In this document: in pieces, positions 37,026 to 47,227 of the stretch | How the letters are laid out: each line of letters begins with the position of its first letter | How positions within the stretch are numbered: position 1 is the stretch's first letter | From: Candidatus Woesearchaeota archaeon | GTDB taxonomy: Archaea > Nanobdellota > Nanobdellia > Woesearchaeales > WJIZ01 | Length of the DNA stretch: 64,000 bases | NCBI GenBank assembly: GCA_014729995.1 | Contig: WJIZ01000029.1 | Coordinates: 12,779-76,778 of the forward strand | Direction of reading: 5' to 3' | Made by a program: the position numbers and the translations under genes | The notes under the pieces: model-generated | Databases searched by the model: none | Told to the model about the DNA's origin: nothing | What the model saw: only the letters and a program-made list of their open reading frames with translations

Positions 37026-38372
37026 TCAAACCAGCCAGCTGATTAATAAGCTTGCAATCCCCAAAAAAGAGAAAAACCCCACTATATCTATTGATGCTGT
37101 AATAAAAACGCTTGATGCAACCGCGGGGTCTATCTTCAATACTTTCAGCAGCACAGGCACGGATGTGGCAATAAACCCCGCTAATGTCAGGCTGATTGTC
37201 ATGGCTGTAAATATAACAAAGCCCAGCACAGCATTGCCCTGCCAGAGATAAGCCACTATTCCCATTATCGCTCCCAAAATCATCCCGTTAACAATTCCTA
37301 TGGAAATCTCCTTAAACAGTATCTTCCTGTAATTATCAGTGCTTAGCTGGTTTAGTGCAAAGCCCCTCACTATTAGTGTAAGCGTCTGTGTTCCGGAATT
37401 GCCGCCTAATCCTGCAATAATCGGCATAAAAGCAGCAAGTATAACAACAGCCTGCAATGTATCCGTAAAAGACGAAACAACAAGTGCAGCCAGGAAAGCA
37501 GTGCCAAGATTCAGCATAAGCCACGGCAGCCTCCTTTTAACTGATTTTGTAAAAGGGTCAAATATGTTTTCATCAGGATGCACTCCCGCTATCTTATACA
37601 TGTCTTCTGTAGCTTCTTCTTCCATGACATCGAGAACATCATCGATGGTTACCCTTCCCAGGAGTTTATTCCTGCTGTCCACCACAGGCAGTGCAAGTAT
37701 GTCCTCATTCTTGAATATCTCAGCTACTTTTTCCTTATCCATCTGTGGCCTTAATTTCACCAGATCCCTATTCATTATCTGGCTGAGCTTTTTCCTTTGG
37801 TTAAATGAGATAAGGTCTCTTATTGTTACCACTCCCTTCAGCCTGTCCTGGCTGTCAACAACATAGATATAGTTGGCTGCTTCAATGTATTTTACTTTCT
37901 TCTTTGCAGTATCCAAAGCTTCCTTTACTGTAATGCCGCTTTTCAATGCAATAAGCTCGGACTGCATGAGCCCGCCTGCAGTATCTTCGCCATACCTTAT
38001 CAGAGGCTCTAATGCATCTTTTTTCTTTCTGGGAAGGTGCTCCATTATCCTCTTTGCTTTTTGCTCAGGCACCTCTCCCAGGATATCCGCAGAATCATCA
38101 GACTCCGCTTTCTCGATCAAAGATACTATATACTTGTCTTTCAGGCTTTTCAGTATATATTTCCTGGAATGTTGGCTCACTTCCAATAAGACATCAGAGC
38201 TTATCTTTGTGGGAAGCAGCAAGTAGAATTTGAGTTTTTGCGCCTCATCAAGCTGGTCAATTATTATCGCCAGCATAGGAATATCGTATTTGCTGATGTG
38301 CTTCCTCAGTTTATTCCTTTCGGTATCTTCCCCCAGCAAATCCCTTATCTTGTCTATATCCGCCCTTTGCAT
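37026..38372 (-). CDS. mgtE: MgtE magnesium transporter.
   Basis: MgtE N-domain, tandem CBS domains (IYVVDSQDRLKGVVTIRDL, ALPVVDSRNKLLGRVTIDDV) and the C-terminal TM domain. Confidence 0.85.
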   Translation of the reverse strand: MQRADIDKIRDLLGEDTERNKLRKHISKYDIPMLAIIIDQLDEAQKLKFYLLLPTKISSDVLLEVSQHSRKYILKSLKDKYIVSLIEKAESDDSADILGEVPEQKAKRIMEHLPRKKKDALEPLIRYGEDTAGGLMQSELIALKSGITVKEALDTAKKKVKYIEAANYIYVVDSQDRLKGVVTIRDLISFNQRKKLSQIMNRDLVKLRPQMDKEKVAEIFKNEDILALPVVDSRNKLLGRVTIDDVLDVMEEEATEDMYKIAGVHPDENIFDPFTKSVKRRLPWLMLNLGTAFLAALVVSSFTDTLQAVVILAAFMPIIAGLGGNSGTQTLTLIVRGFALNQLSTDNYRKILFKEISIGIVNGMILGAIMGIVAYLWQGNAVLGFVIFTAMTISLTLAGFIATSVPVLLKVLKIDPAVASSVFITASIDIVGFFSFLGIASLLISWLV

Positions 38373-38474
38373 AAATCTGGCCTTCCTTGGATATTAATAA
38401 ATGTTGCTTTTTTGTGCGCATTGAGAGCAAGTTTTTCATTAATTATTTAAAGAGCTGGGAAAATAATCCATTTT

Positions 38475-39785
38475 ATGAAAATAGTAATTGCAGGATTGGG
38501 AACAGCAGCTTTTGCAGCTTTACTGGCAGTCAAAAAAAATTCAAGCAATGCGGAAATAACAATAATAGACAAGAAAAAATTCGACCTGCAGCACAGCTGC
38601 GGCCTGCCTTATGCCCTGGAAAAAAAAGTAGGCTTGGAAAGGCTGGAGCACTCAATTAATTCAGAAGGCATGAATGTGAAAATCCTTCATGAATGTGAAG
38701 CTCTTAATATAAACAAAAAAGATAAAAAACTGGAATATAGGTCCCTTAAAGACGGTTCGAAATCATCAGCCGAATATGATAAGCTGCTGCTGGCCGCAGG
38801 CTCTGAGCCCTTCTTCCCGGCAGTCCCGGGATTAATGGAAAACAGCACAGCTATAAGCACAACAGGCGACATAAGGGCGCTAGAAGAATGCCTGGCTAAG
38901 GCCCGGAAGGCAGTCATCATAGGAGCAGGCGCTGTCGGTCTGGAAACAGCTTATGCATTGAAAAAGCGCGGCTTAAGTGTCGCGATAGTTGAAGCGCTTT
39001 CATGCTTGTTCCCGAGAGCCATCGATTCAGATATATCATCCCAGCTTGAGGAATACATTAAAGCACAAGGAATAGGTGTTTTTTTGAATTCTAAAGTAGA
39101 TAAAGTAGAAAAAGGAAAGGTGCTGCTGCAGAAAGGTCAGATCAACACAGACATCATAATAGCAGCTGCAGGAGTAAGGCCCGGCATTAAGCTTGTCCAG
39201 GATGCAGGGTTAAAGCTCTCTAAATTCGGCATTGCAGTTGATAAGCACATGAGGACATCAGCAAAAGATATCTATGCAGCAGGCGATTGCACCGAAGCGA
39301 CAAACATAATCACAAAAAAGAAATTCGAGTCGCAGTTAGCTACAACCGCATACAGGCAGGGCACAATCGCCGGTGAAAACATAACAGGAAAGAGATCCGA
39401 ATACGATGGCAGCATATCCTGCTTCGCTTCCGTTATCGGTGAAAAAGAAATAGCTTCTGTTGGTTTGAATTCGCATTATGCGGAAGAAGCGGGATTTAAG
39501 CTTGTCACAGGCAAGAGCATCGCAGCAGACAGGCCCGAATGGTTCGGAAAGCAGGAAAAAGTGATGGTCAAGATTCTTGCAGACAAGAAAACAAGAAAGA
39601 TAATCGGTTGCCAGGCTATTGGAAAGAACGCTTCTAAAAGAATCGACATTGTTTCTACATCAATAAGGGCAGGTATGACACTGCAGCAATTAGGAAATGT
39701 AGAATTCAGCTACTGCCCAGCTGTTTCACAGCCTTACGATGTTTTGCACCAGGCTGTTGATTTTGCCTTGAGGAAAATTAAGTAA
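38475..39785 (+). CDS. Class-I pyridine-nucleotide-disulfide oxidoreductase, NADH oxidase/CoA-disulfide reductase family.
   Basis: MKIVIAGLGTAAFAA FAD motif. Redox-active Cys in HSCGLPY. Second Rossmann motif VIIGAGAVGLE. Confidence 0.75.
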   Translation: MKIVIAGLGTAAFAALLAVKKNSSNAEITIIDKKKFDLQHSCGLPYALEKKVGLERLEHSINSEGMNVKILHECEALNINKKDKKLEYRSLKDGSKSSAEYDKLLLAAGSEPFFPAVPGLMENSTAISTTGDIRALEECLAKARKAVIIGAGAVGLETAYALKKRGLSVAIVEALSCLFPRAIDSDISSQLEEYIKAQGIGVFLNSKVDKVEKGKVLLQKGQINTDIIIAAAGVRPGIKLVQDAGLKLSKFGIAVDKHMRTSAKDIYAAGDCTEATNIITKKKFESQLATTAYRQGTIAGENITGKRSEYDGSISCFASVIGEKEIASVGLNSHYAEEAGFKLVTGKSIAADRPEWFGKQEKVMVKILADKKTRKIIGCQAIGKNASKRIDIVSTSIRAGMTLQQLGNVEFSYCPAVSQPYDVLHQAVDFALRKIK

Positions 39786-39818
39786 ACCTTATAACCTGTC
39801 CCTTTTTCCCTCCTTATT

Positions 39819-40661
39819 ATGCAAATCACAGGAAAGCCGCCATGGCTCAAAGTGCCGATTCCATCAGGCGAAAACTATAGCAGCCTGATCAGGCTTATTC
39901 GGGAAAACAATATCCATACTATCTGCCAGGAAGCCCGCTGTCCGAATATAGCAGAATGCTTCTCTAAAAAAACAGCTACTTTCCTGATATTAGGCGATAC
40001 ATGTACGAGAAGCTGCCGTTACTGCAATGTTAAAACAGGAAAGCCGGGAAAATTAGATGGAAAAGAGCCCAAAAAAGTGGCTAATGCAGTAAAGATGCTC
40101 GGATTGAAGTATATTGTATTGACTTCTCCCGCAAGAGATGATTTAAAAGACGGCGGCGCAAGAACTTTTATAGAAACAATGAAGCAGATAAAGAAAATGG
40201 ATACTAAAATCAAGATAGAATTATTAACTCCTGGTTTTAGGGAGCAAATAAGGAACATCCTTAAATATGGGCCCGATGTATTCGGCCATAACATAGAGAC
40301 AGTGAAAAGGTTGTTCCCTGAAATGAGGCCGCAGGCTGATTATCTAAAGTCGATCCTTTTTCTGAAGCAAATCAAGGAATTCAACCCGTCTCAAACAACT
40401 AAATCAGGCCTGATGGTCGGCTTAGGAGAAACAGAAGAAGAAGTTATCGAAACCTTAAAAGACCTGAAAAAAGCAAAAGTTGATATTGTAACTATAGGTC
40501 AATACCTGCAGCCAAGAAAGGATTTGGCAGGAGTAAAAAAATATTACACTCCGGAAGATTTCAAAAGATTTGAAGAGATTGGGGAAAGGCTCGGGTTTAA
40601 GGGAGTATTTTCCGCTCCTTTAGTAAGAAGCAGCTACCATGCTGAAGAATTGATAAAATGA
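39819..40661 (+). CDS. lipA: Lipoyl synthase.
   Basis: CQEARCPNIAECF auxiliary cluster. Radical-SAM CTRSCRYC. Confidence 0.85.
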   Translation: MQITGKPPWLKVPIPSGENYSSLIRLIRENNIHTICQEARCPNIAECFSKKTATFLILGDTCTRSCRYCNVKTGKPGKLDGKEPKKVANAVKMLGLKYIVLTSPARDDLKDGGARTFIETMKQIKKMDTKIKIELLTPGFREQIRNILKYGPDVFGHNIETVKRLFPEMRPQADYLKSILFLKQIKEFNPSQTTKSGLMVGLGETEEEVIETLKDLKKAKVDIVTIGQYLQPRKDLAGVKKYYTPEDFKRFEEIGERLGFKGVFSAPLVRSSYHAEELIK

Positions 40662-41512
40662 AATTCCGCTTAATCGACACGGGTTTTAATGATGCCTTCC
40701 AGAATATGGCAGTAGATGAAGCGCTCCTAAGCTCAGAACTTCCTGTCCTGAGATTCTACAGGTGGAAGCCCGCAGCTCTTTCCATAGGCTATTTCCAGCA
40801 CATAGGACAGATTAACAAACAATTCTGCAGGAATAACAGCATAGACATTGTCCGCCGCATAACAGGGGGGAATGCTGTACTGCATAATAATGAGCTGACC
40901 TATTCATTTATAATAGACGAAAAAGAAATGCCAAAGGGGGTCACCGAGAGCTATAAGAAAATAGCCCAGGGGCTTCTCAACGGGTTAAGAAATCTAGGCC
41001 TGGATGCAGCGATGAACAAGGATATTGCCCATGGAGAAAAAAGCATGTTATGCTTCAGCGAACCAAGCTGGTATGAGATAGTGGTCAATAAGAAGAAGAT
41101 AATAGGCAGCGCGCAAAAAAGAATAAAGGGCAAGTTACTGCAGCACGGTGCCATTCTGGTTGATATAGATATTAAGAAATATGCAAATTGCTTTAATAAT
41201 TGCAGCGGGGAAATAATAAAAAAACTCCATGGCAGGATGGCCTGTATTAGGCAAGAATTAGAAAAATTTGGGTTGGCAAGTCTCAGCAGGGATTGCCGCC
41301 CCCAGGGTGCCGGGCAGGGATTAAGAAGTAATCCATCCAAGCCGATGCATGCAAAATTTTTTTATGAATCCTTAAAAAAATTCTTAGTGGGGGGATTCGA
41401 AAAGACAGGAATTGAGTTTGAAAGAAGTGAACTGAGTGAAACTGAACAGGAATTAGCGCAAAGGTTAAATAATGAAAAATATTCATCTGGCAAATGGAAC
41501 TTTATGAGGTAA
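40658..41512 (+). CDS. Lipoate-protein ligase or octanoyltransferase (LplA/LipM family).
   Basis: RRITGGNAVLHNNELTYSFI. GSAQKRIKGKLLQHGAIL. The start overlaps the lipA stop. Confidence 0.7.
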   Translation: MKFRLIDTGFNDAFQNMAVDEALLSSELPVLRFYRWKPAALSIGYFQHIGQINKQFCRNNSIDIVRRITGGNAVLHNNELTYSFIIDEKEMPKGVTESYKKIAQGLLNGLRNLGLDAAMNKDIAHGEKSMLCFSEPSWYEIVVNKKKIIGSAQKRIKGKLLQHGAILVDIDIKKYANCFNNCSGEIIKKLHGRMACIRQELEKFGLASLSRDCRPQGAGQGLRSNPSKPMHAKFFYESLKKFLVGGFEKTGIEFERSELSETEQELAQRLNNEKYSSGKWNFMR

Positions 41513-41513
41513 A

Positions 41514-41912
41514 ATGACTAAAGTAATGGCATTCGGCTCCTTCGACCATCTCCATCCCGGACATTTTTATTTCCTGCTGGAGGCAAAAAAATATGGAGAC
41601 AGGCTGATAGTTGTTTTGGGAAGGAAAGAAACAATAAAAGAGCTAAAAGGAAAAGAGCCGAAATACACAGAAAAAGAGCGAAAGCAGCATTTGGAGATAA
41701 CCGGAATTCCTGATAAAATTCTATTGGGAAATAAAAATGATAAATATAAAATAATAGAAAAAATAAGGCCAGACATCATCTGCCTTGGTTATGATCAGAA
41801 TTCCTTCACAAAAGGCCTGGAAAGGGAGCTGAAAAAAAGAAAATTAAAACCAAAAATAATAAGGCTGAAGCCCTACAAAGAGCACATATTCAAAAGCTCT
41901 AAGCTGAAATAG
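41514..41912 (+). CDS. ribL: Archaeal FAD synthase RibL (CTP:FMN nucleotidyltransferase).
   Basis: GSFDHLHPGH (H-x-G-H). VVLGRKETIKELKGKEP. PDIICLGYDQ. Close to M. jannaschii RibL. Confidence 0.7.
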   Translation: MTKVMAFGSFDHLHPGHFYFLLEAKKYGDRLIVVLGRKETIKELKGKEPKYTEKERKQHLEITGIPDKILLGNKNDKYKIIEKIRPDIICLGYDQNSFTKGLERELKKRKLKPKIIRLKPYKEHIFKSSKLK

Positions 41913-41941
41913 GCGTTTCTCTGCATAACCCTTTTAAATAC

Positions 41942-42382
41942 ATGCATCTTATTAATGCCATGGCAGAAGAATGGTTTTTAGCAGTCCCGGCATTGGTTTT
42001 ATTTGTTATAGCTTTCATAATAGCATTATTTGTTTTATGGTTATGGGCTTTGGTAGACTGCATAGCATCTAAATTAAGGCCCGAAGAAAAGCTTTTATGG
42101 ATAATAGTAATCATATTTTTCAATGTCTTAGGCGCTGTCTTATACCTAATTTTAGCAAAAAGGGTGCATAATAACATGGCAGAATCAAAACAATTCAAGG
42201 GCAAAAAACTTTACAGGAGCAGGAAGAACAGGATGATCGCTGGTGTATGCGGCGGATTAGGGGAATACGCGGATATTGACCCTACTTTAGTAAGGCTTCT
42301 TTGGGTCATAGCGACAATCTTCACCGGGGGAGCAGGCATATTGGCTTATATCATCGCCTGGATAATCATTCCTGAGAAATAG
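41942..42382 (+). CDS. PspC-domain membrane protein with a PLDc_N-like N-terminal TM hairpin.
   Basis: KLYRSRKNRMIAGVCGGLGEYADIDPTLVRLLWVIATIF is a PspC signature. Confidence 0.7.
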   Translation: MHLINAMAEEWFLAVPALVLFVIAFIIALFVLWLWALVDCIASKLRPEEKLLWIIVIIFFNVLGAVLYLILAKRVHNNMAESKQFKGKKLYRSRKNRMIAGVCGGLGEYADIDPTLVRLLWVIATIFTGGAGILAYIIAWIIIPEK

Positions 42383-42678
42383 TTGTATAAAATGAAAAAA
42401 AGAGACGCAGGCTGGTTCGGCTTATTCGGCCTTTTGGGGTTGATGGGAATCTTTACAGATAATCCCGGATTATTCGGCTTTTTCGGATTCTTTGTGTTCT
42501 TTGCTTTTTTCGGGCTAAAGGATTGATACTAATACAATATAATGAAATGTATTGCTAACCTTTATACTTAGGCCTCTCCCTCTTCAGCATCCAGTCAGTC
42601 AATACTCTTGTTTCATATTCATTTGGGGTATGTATCGCTTCATGAACATCGACCATCAAAGCTGTATCGCCAAACAAG

Positions 42679-43362
42679 TCAACCGCGGCGCGCCATTTTT
42701 CCGCTCCCAAGATAAGTAAAGCCCAAAACACCGCCCATAAGCGATTTAGGCAGAATCTCAAGCGCTTTATCAAGCCGGTTAGTGAAGTCCTGCCTGGCAA
42801 GCTCTAACTTATCTTTATATGCAGTATCATACCTTACTTTATAGCCCTTCCGGGACTTATCATATAAGAACAGGATGGAATAATTTTCTTTATCCTCCAA
42901 TGGCTTCTCCAATTTTAAACCAGCTTCTTCTCCACCTCTCCTCATGCCTATTTCCACAGATTCACTATCCCTCTTTGAATACCTTATCTCAATAGCATCA
43001 TATTTCCCTAATCCTGAAACAGGCATGAACAATTCATAGCTCGCTTCTGGGGTTTCCGGTTCCTCAAGGCTCGCCCTTTTCTCGATGCTTTCAAGAGGCA
43101 CGGCCCTCTTTCTGCTATGCAAGCGCCCCTTCTTCCCTGCAATAAGCTTAGAAGTGATTCTTTCAAGCTCAGACTTTTCTCTTAATTCTTTTTCACCATT
43201 ATTATTCCTTCTCTCAATAAAGACATATGGAATAATCTTATCTGCAGAAGTTTCTAACAGCAATTCCAGCCTTTTCATGGGCATAGATAATCTCCCATAA
43301 TATATAAAATCACCCTTTAAAAAGCTATCCCGCAACCTTTTTAAAGCTATTTGTAATTCCAT
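42679..43362 (-). CDS. Hypothetical protein of 227 aa, rich in charged residues.
   Basis: ORF only. No recognisable motif. Confidence 0.35.
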   Translation of the reverse strand: MELQIALKRLRDSFLKGDFIYYGRLSMPMKRLELLLETSADKIIPYVFIERRNNNGEKELREKSELERITSKLIAGKKGRLHSRKRAVPLESIEKRASLEEPETPEASYELFMPVSGLGKYDAIEIRYSKRDSESVEIGMRRGGEEAGLKLEKPLEDKENYSILFLYDKSRKGYKVRYDTAYKDKLELARQDFTNRLDKALEILPKSLMGGVLGFTYLGSGKMARRG

Positions 43363-43368
43363 TCATGT

Positions 43369-44103
43369 ATGAAAAAGCTCTATTATCAGTTTTTAGAGGA
43401 GATAAAAAATTTCTTCAGGCGCAATCACAAGACTAAGGCAGTAGTCGGCCTCTCAGGGGGCATAGATTCAGCATTGTGCCTGAAGCTTTGCTGCGACGCC
43501 TTAAACAGCAAGAATGTTACAGCCCTGATAATGCCTGAAAAGGGCCTTACAAAAGACAAAAATACAGAAGATGCAAAAAAGCTCGCAAAAAAGCTCAAAG
43601 TGAAGAATTTCGTTATAGAAATTAACCCTTTTCTGGATGTCTTCAACCAGCTTCCCTGGAAACAGAGCAAGGTAGCTCTGATGAACACAAAAGCAAGGAT
43701 AAGGGCAATCATTCTTTATAATTATTCCAACAGCAATAATTCTCTGGTTGTGGGCACGTCCAATAAATCAGAGCTTCTGCTCGGCTATGGGACAAAATAC
43801 GGCGATTTGGCAGCAGATGTTTTCTTAATAGGGGATTTGCTTAAGTCAGATGTGCTTTCATTATCCCGCTATCTGAAATTGCCGGAAAAAATAATCAGGA
43901 AAAAGCCTTCTGCTGAGCTGACCGTGGGACAGACTGATGAAGCCGATTTGGGTGCAACCTACCATAAGCTTGATTCTATACTGAAAAAATACATCAAGGA
44001 CGAAAAGCTTAATAAGAAAAACAATTTAGTTAAGAAAACCCTGCAAAGGGTTGACAAGAACAGGCACAAGCGCGATGTCCCGCCTGTAATAGAAATAAAA
44101 TGA
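43369..44103 (+). CDS. nadE: NH3-dependent NAD+ synthetase.
   Basis: AVVGLSGGIDSALC PP-loop. Overall NadE layout. Confidence 0.85.
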   Translation: MKKLYYQFLEEIKNFFRRNHKTKAVVGLSGGIDSALCLKLCCDALNSKNVTALIMPEKGLTKDKNTEDAKKLAKKLKVKNFVIEINPFLDVFNQLPWKQSKVALMNTKARIRAIILYNYSNSNNSLVVGTSNKSELLLGYGTKYGDLAADVFLIGDLLKSDVLSLSRYLKLPEKIIRKKPSAELTVGQTDEADLGATYHKLDSILKKYIKDEKLNKKNNLVKKTLQRVDKNRHKRDVPPVIEIK

Positions 44104-44600
44104 TTTCATTGTTCATCGGAAGGTTCCAGCCTTTTCATAAAGGCCACCTTCATGATATAAAAGAGGCATTAAAATTCTCAGATAATGTCATAATAGCAGT
44201 GGGCAGCTCCCAGGAATCTGGCACTAATGAAAACCCCTTCTCTTATGATGAAAGAAAAGAGATGATCGAAAAGGTTATCAAAAAAGAAAGAATTCCAAAT
44301 ACAGAGGTCTATCCTGTTCCCGACATAAACGACGATGCCATGTGGGCAGATCATGTGATATCCATTACAGGAGACGCAGATATTATCTACACAGGCAACA
44401 AATGGGTTAAAAAGCTTTTTAGGCAAAAAGGCTTTGAAGTAAGGGATGTCTCATTTCTCCCAGAAGTGAATGCCACAGAGATCAGGAAGAGGATGCATCA
44501 TGGCAAAGACTGGGAATCATTAGTTCCCGCTGAAGTCGCAGATATCATACATAAGGTTGGGGGAGTTAACAGGGTAAAGAGGATTAATGGGAAGTTATAG
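44100..44600 (+). CDS. nadM: Archaeal nicotinamide-nucleotide adenylyltransferase (NadM-type).
   Basis: FIGRFQPFHKGH. ATG-TGA overlap with nadE. Confidence 0.85.
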   Translation: MISLFIGRFQPFHKGHLHDIKEALKFSDNVIIAVGSSQESGTNENPFSYDERKEMIEKVIKKERIPNTEVYPVPDINDDAMWADHVISITGDADIIYTGNKWVKKLFRQKGFEVRDVSFLPEVNATEIRKRMHHGKDWESLVPAEVADIIHKVGGVNRVKRINGKL

Positions 44601-44619
44601 CTGGCTTCAATAACTTAAA

Positions 44620-45024
44620 ATGAAAAAACGCATCATAAAACTGTTGTATTCTTTAATTGCTGTATTTATCCTTTTATTTGCCTATTTTTTAATCCCTTTG
44701 GAGGATATTTTTAAAAGTAATCTTTTTGCGCTGCTTGCGGTTCTGGGGCTATTATTCCTTCTATTAGGAATATTGCTGATTATATTTAGCAGAAAAGAAA
44801 AGGGAAAACCAAGGACATTCCTCATCCTGACTGGAATCTCAGCCATATCTCCGTTTATCTTTTCAATTCTGCATAATTTTTTCTATGCCTTAGCAGAGAT
44901 TTTTGGAAATCTCGCTTTTCTCTTCGAGGCGCTGCATGTGCTCTCTTTTCTAATATCGCTGATAGTGGCCCCTATTTTATTTATCATTGGGGCAATAGGA
45001 AGCATAATCTTACTGAAAAAATAG
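44620..45024 (+). CDS. Small membrane protein with four TM helices.
   Basis: Hydrophobic ORF. No recognisable family. Confidence 0.4.
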   Translation: MKKRIIKLLYSLIAVFILLFAYFLIPLEDIFKSNLFALLAVLGLLFLLLGILLIIFSRKEKGKPRTFLILTGISAISPFIFSILHNFFYALAEIFGNLAFLFEALHVLSFLISLIVAPILFIIGAIGSIILLKK

Positions 45025-45030
45025 GTTTCG

Positions 45031-45530
45031 ATGAAAACAAGCATATTAAAGGAGATATAACGAGGGTAAAAGCAGACGCGATTGTTAATGCAGCCAACTC
45101 TTCTTTAATGGGTGGCGGCGGGGTGGATGGTGCCATCCACAGGGCAGCCGACCCCCGATTATTAGAGGGGTGCAAAAAGCTAAGAAAAAATCTGCCAGAT
45201 GGTTTGCCCGCAGGAGAAGCGGTGATAACAAAGGCATATTCTCTGCCTGCAAAATATGTTATCCACACCGTAGGCCCGGTCTACAACAAAGATGATATCT
45301 CTTTCTTAAAAAAATGCTACTTGAACAGCCTGGAACTTGCTGAAAAAAATAACTGCGAATCAATCAGCTTTCCTGCAATAAGCACAGGCATTTACGGGGT
45401 CCCGGTTGGGATATCAGCAGGAATTGCAAAAGAAGTTATTGGAAAATTTGGCTCACTAGCAATCAAGGAAGTTACACTGGTATTGTTTAAACAATCCGAT
45501 TATCAGATTTATAAAAAAGCTTTCACTTGA
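45031..45530 (+). CDS. Macro-domain (ADP-ribose-binding/processing) protein. There is an apparent 1-nt deletion in an A-run directly after the ATG.
   Basis: Frame 3 encodes [36 protein letters not shown] with no in-frame start before the M inside this motif. The ATG at 45031 is in frame 1. Adding one A to AAAA at 45034-45037 gives [11 protein letters not shown]... Confidence 0.6.
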
Positions 45531-46638
45531 AGAATCTTTTCTTCTTTCCGGATTTCTCGAATTCCTTCAAAAGGTCTTTCTGCTTCTTATTTAGTTTATC
45601 AGGAACTTTGATTGTTATCTCGACCATCTCGTCTCCCTGGCCGTAGCCGTGCAGGAAAGGAATTCCCCTTCCTTTCATCCTGAATATTGTTCCGGGCTGT
45701 GTGCCTGCAGGAATCCGCAGTTTGGCTTTTCCATCCAGCGTAGGCACCTCTACTTCGCCTCCCAATGCAGCAGTGGCAAAAGGAACCCTTAAATTAACAT
45801 GCAGGTTATCCCCATCCCTGTCGAAAACCGGATGATCTTTGACATGGACAATAAGATAAAGGTCTCCTGTGCCTGCCCCTGCTTCGCCTGCTTCCCCCTC
45901 TCCTGTTATTCGCAAGTTTGTGCCCTCTTCAGCTCCTGCGGGTATCTTAACCTCAATCTTTCTGGTGTTCTTTACAAGGCCCGTGCCGTCGCATTTGCCG
46001 CATTCTTTCTCAATAATTTTTCCGCTGCCCCTGCATCTCCTGCATGCAGATGTTGTTGCAAACATTCCAAAGGGAGTTCTCTGCGTTTTCCTGCTTGCTC
46101 CCGTACCATGGCATTCAGGGCATTCTTTGATATCAGAATCTGATTCAGCCCCAGTACCATGGCATTCAGGGCATTTCTCTATCCTTGGTATATTCAGGGC
46201 CCTTTTTGTTCCTGATGCAGCTTCTTCCAAAGTAATTTCTATATCTGCCCTTATATCCGCCCCTCTCCTTCTGCTGCCTCTGCCTCTTCTTGAAGAAAAC
46301 CCGCCGCCGGAAAAAAATTGGTCAAAAATATCCCCGAAATCAAAGCTTGCAAAATCTCCGAAACCAAAGCTGCCGAAATCAAATCCTTCGAAGCCAGCAC
46401 CGCCGCCAGCTTTCTTAAATGACTCCGCATCCCCGAACTGGTCGTATTGGCTTCTTTTTTGGTCGTCTCCAAGTACAGCTGCAGCCTCGTTTATTTCCTT
46501 GAACTTTTGCTCAGCCTCGGGATTATCTTTGTTAATGTCAGGATGGTATTTTTTAGCCAGCTTTTTATACGCTTTCCTTATATCCTCCTTTGTAGCGCTC
46601 TTGTCCACACCTAATATATCATAATAGTCTCTCGCCAT
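45523..46638 (-). CDS. dnaJ: Chaperone DnaJ.
   Basis: J-domain [14 protein letters not shown]. Gly/Phe region. Four CxxCxGxG zinc-finger repeats. Confidence 0.9.
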   Translation of the reverse strand: MARDYYDILGVDKSATKEDIRKAYKKLAKKYHPDINKDNPEAEQKFKEINEAAAVLGDDQKRSQYDQFGDAESFKKAGGGAGFEGFDFGSFGFGDFASFDFGDIFDQFFSGGGFSSRRGRGSRRRGADIRADIEITLEEAASGTKRALNIPRIEKCPECHGTGAESDSDIKECPECHGTGASRKTQRTPFGMFATTSACRRCRGSGKIIEKECGKCDGTGLVKNTRKIEVKIPAGAEEGTNLRITGEGEAGEAGAGTGDLYLIVHVKDHPVFDRDGDNLHVNLRVPFATAALGGEVEVPTLDGKAKLRIPAGTQPGTIFRMKGRGIPFLHGYGQGDEMVEITIKVPDKLNKKQKDLLKEFEKSGKKKRFFK

Positions 46639-46639
46639 G

Positions 46640-47227
46640 CTACATCAATCCTATCCTGTCTTTTATCCCCTTTACCGCATTAATCGACAATTCAAAAAAT
46701 TCACCCAGTTCCATGCCCGTATTTTCAATCTCTTTTATCAGCTCCCTGTTGCAGTTTGCAGCAAAAGCCCTGTCCTTGAATTTCTTTTTAAGGCCCTTTA
46801 CTTTCATATCGCTGATTTTTCTTCCTCTCATCAGCGCATAGGCATAAATCAATCCGGTTAATGTTTCTGCTGCGATTAAAGCATGCTCAGTTTTCTTTGT
46901 TCTTTTCCTGTCCTTTAAGGCAGGAATCTCCTCATAGCCATATCCGTGGCTCTGGACAGTTTCAATAAATTCATTGTCAAAGCCCTTTTCTTTTAGAATA
47001 TCAGCCGCCTTTGTACAATGCTCCTTCCAGTTATCCCTGGTTAATGCCCAGTCAACATCATGCAGCAGGCCCAGCATACCCCAATATTCGGCATCTTCAC
47101 CAAATCTTTCAGCCAAATCTTTCATGATAGCTTCTGTTTCAAGATAATGGTTCATGTCAGACTCTTTCTGGTCCATGCTTTTCAATAGGTCAAGTGCCTC
47201 TTCCCTGCTTATTGGTAATTCAGCCAT
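46640..47227 (-). CDS. HD-domain phosphohydrolase.
   Basis: H...HD motif (LLHDVDW) and additional His residues typical of the HD superfamily. Confidence 0.6.
   Translation of the reverse strand: MAELPISREEALDLLKSMDQKESDMNHYLETEAIMKDLAERFGEDAEYWGMLGLLHDVDWALTRDNWKEHCTKAADILKEKGFDNEFIETVQSHGYGYEEIPALKDRKRTKKTEHALIAAETLTGLIYAYALMRGRKISDMKVKGLKKKFKDRAFAANCNRELIKEIENTGMELGEFFELSINAVKGIKDRIGLM

Noticed and set aside
42391-42567. A ~58-aa hydrophobic mini-ORF after the PspC gene.
   Set aside because: Below the track threshold with no SD. The composition is driven by T-runs. Kept only as a possibility.
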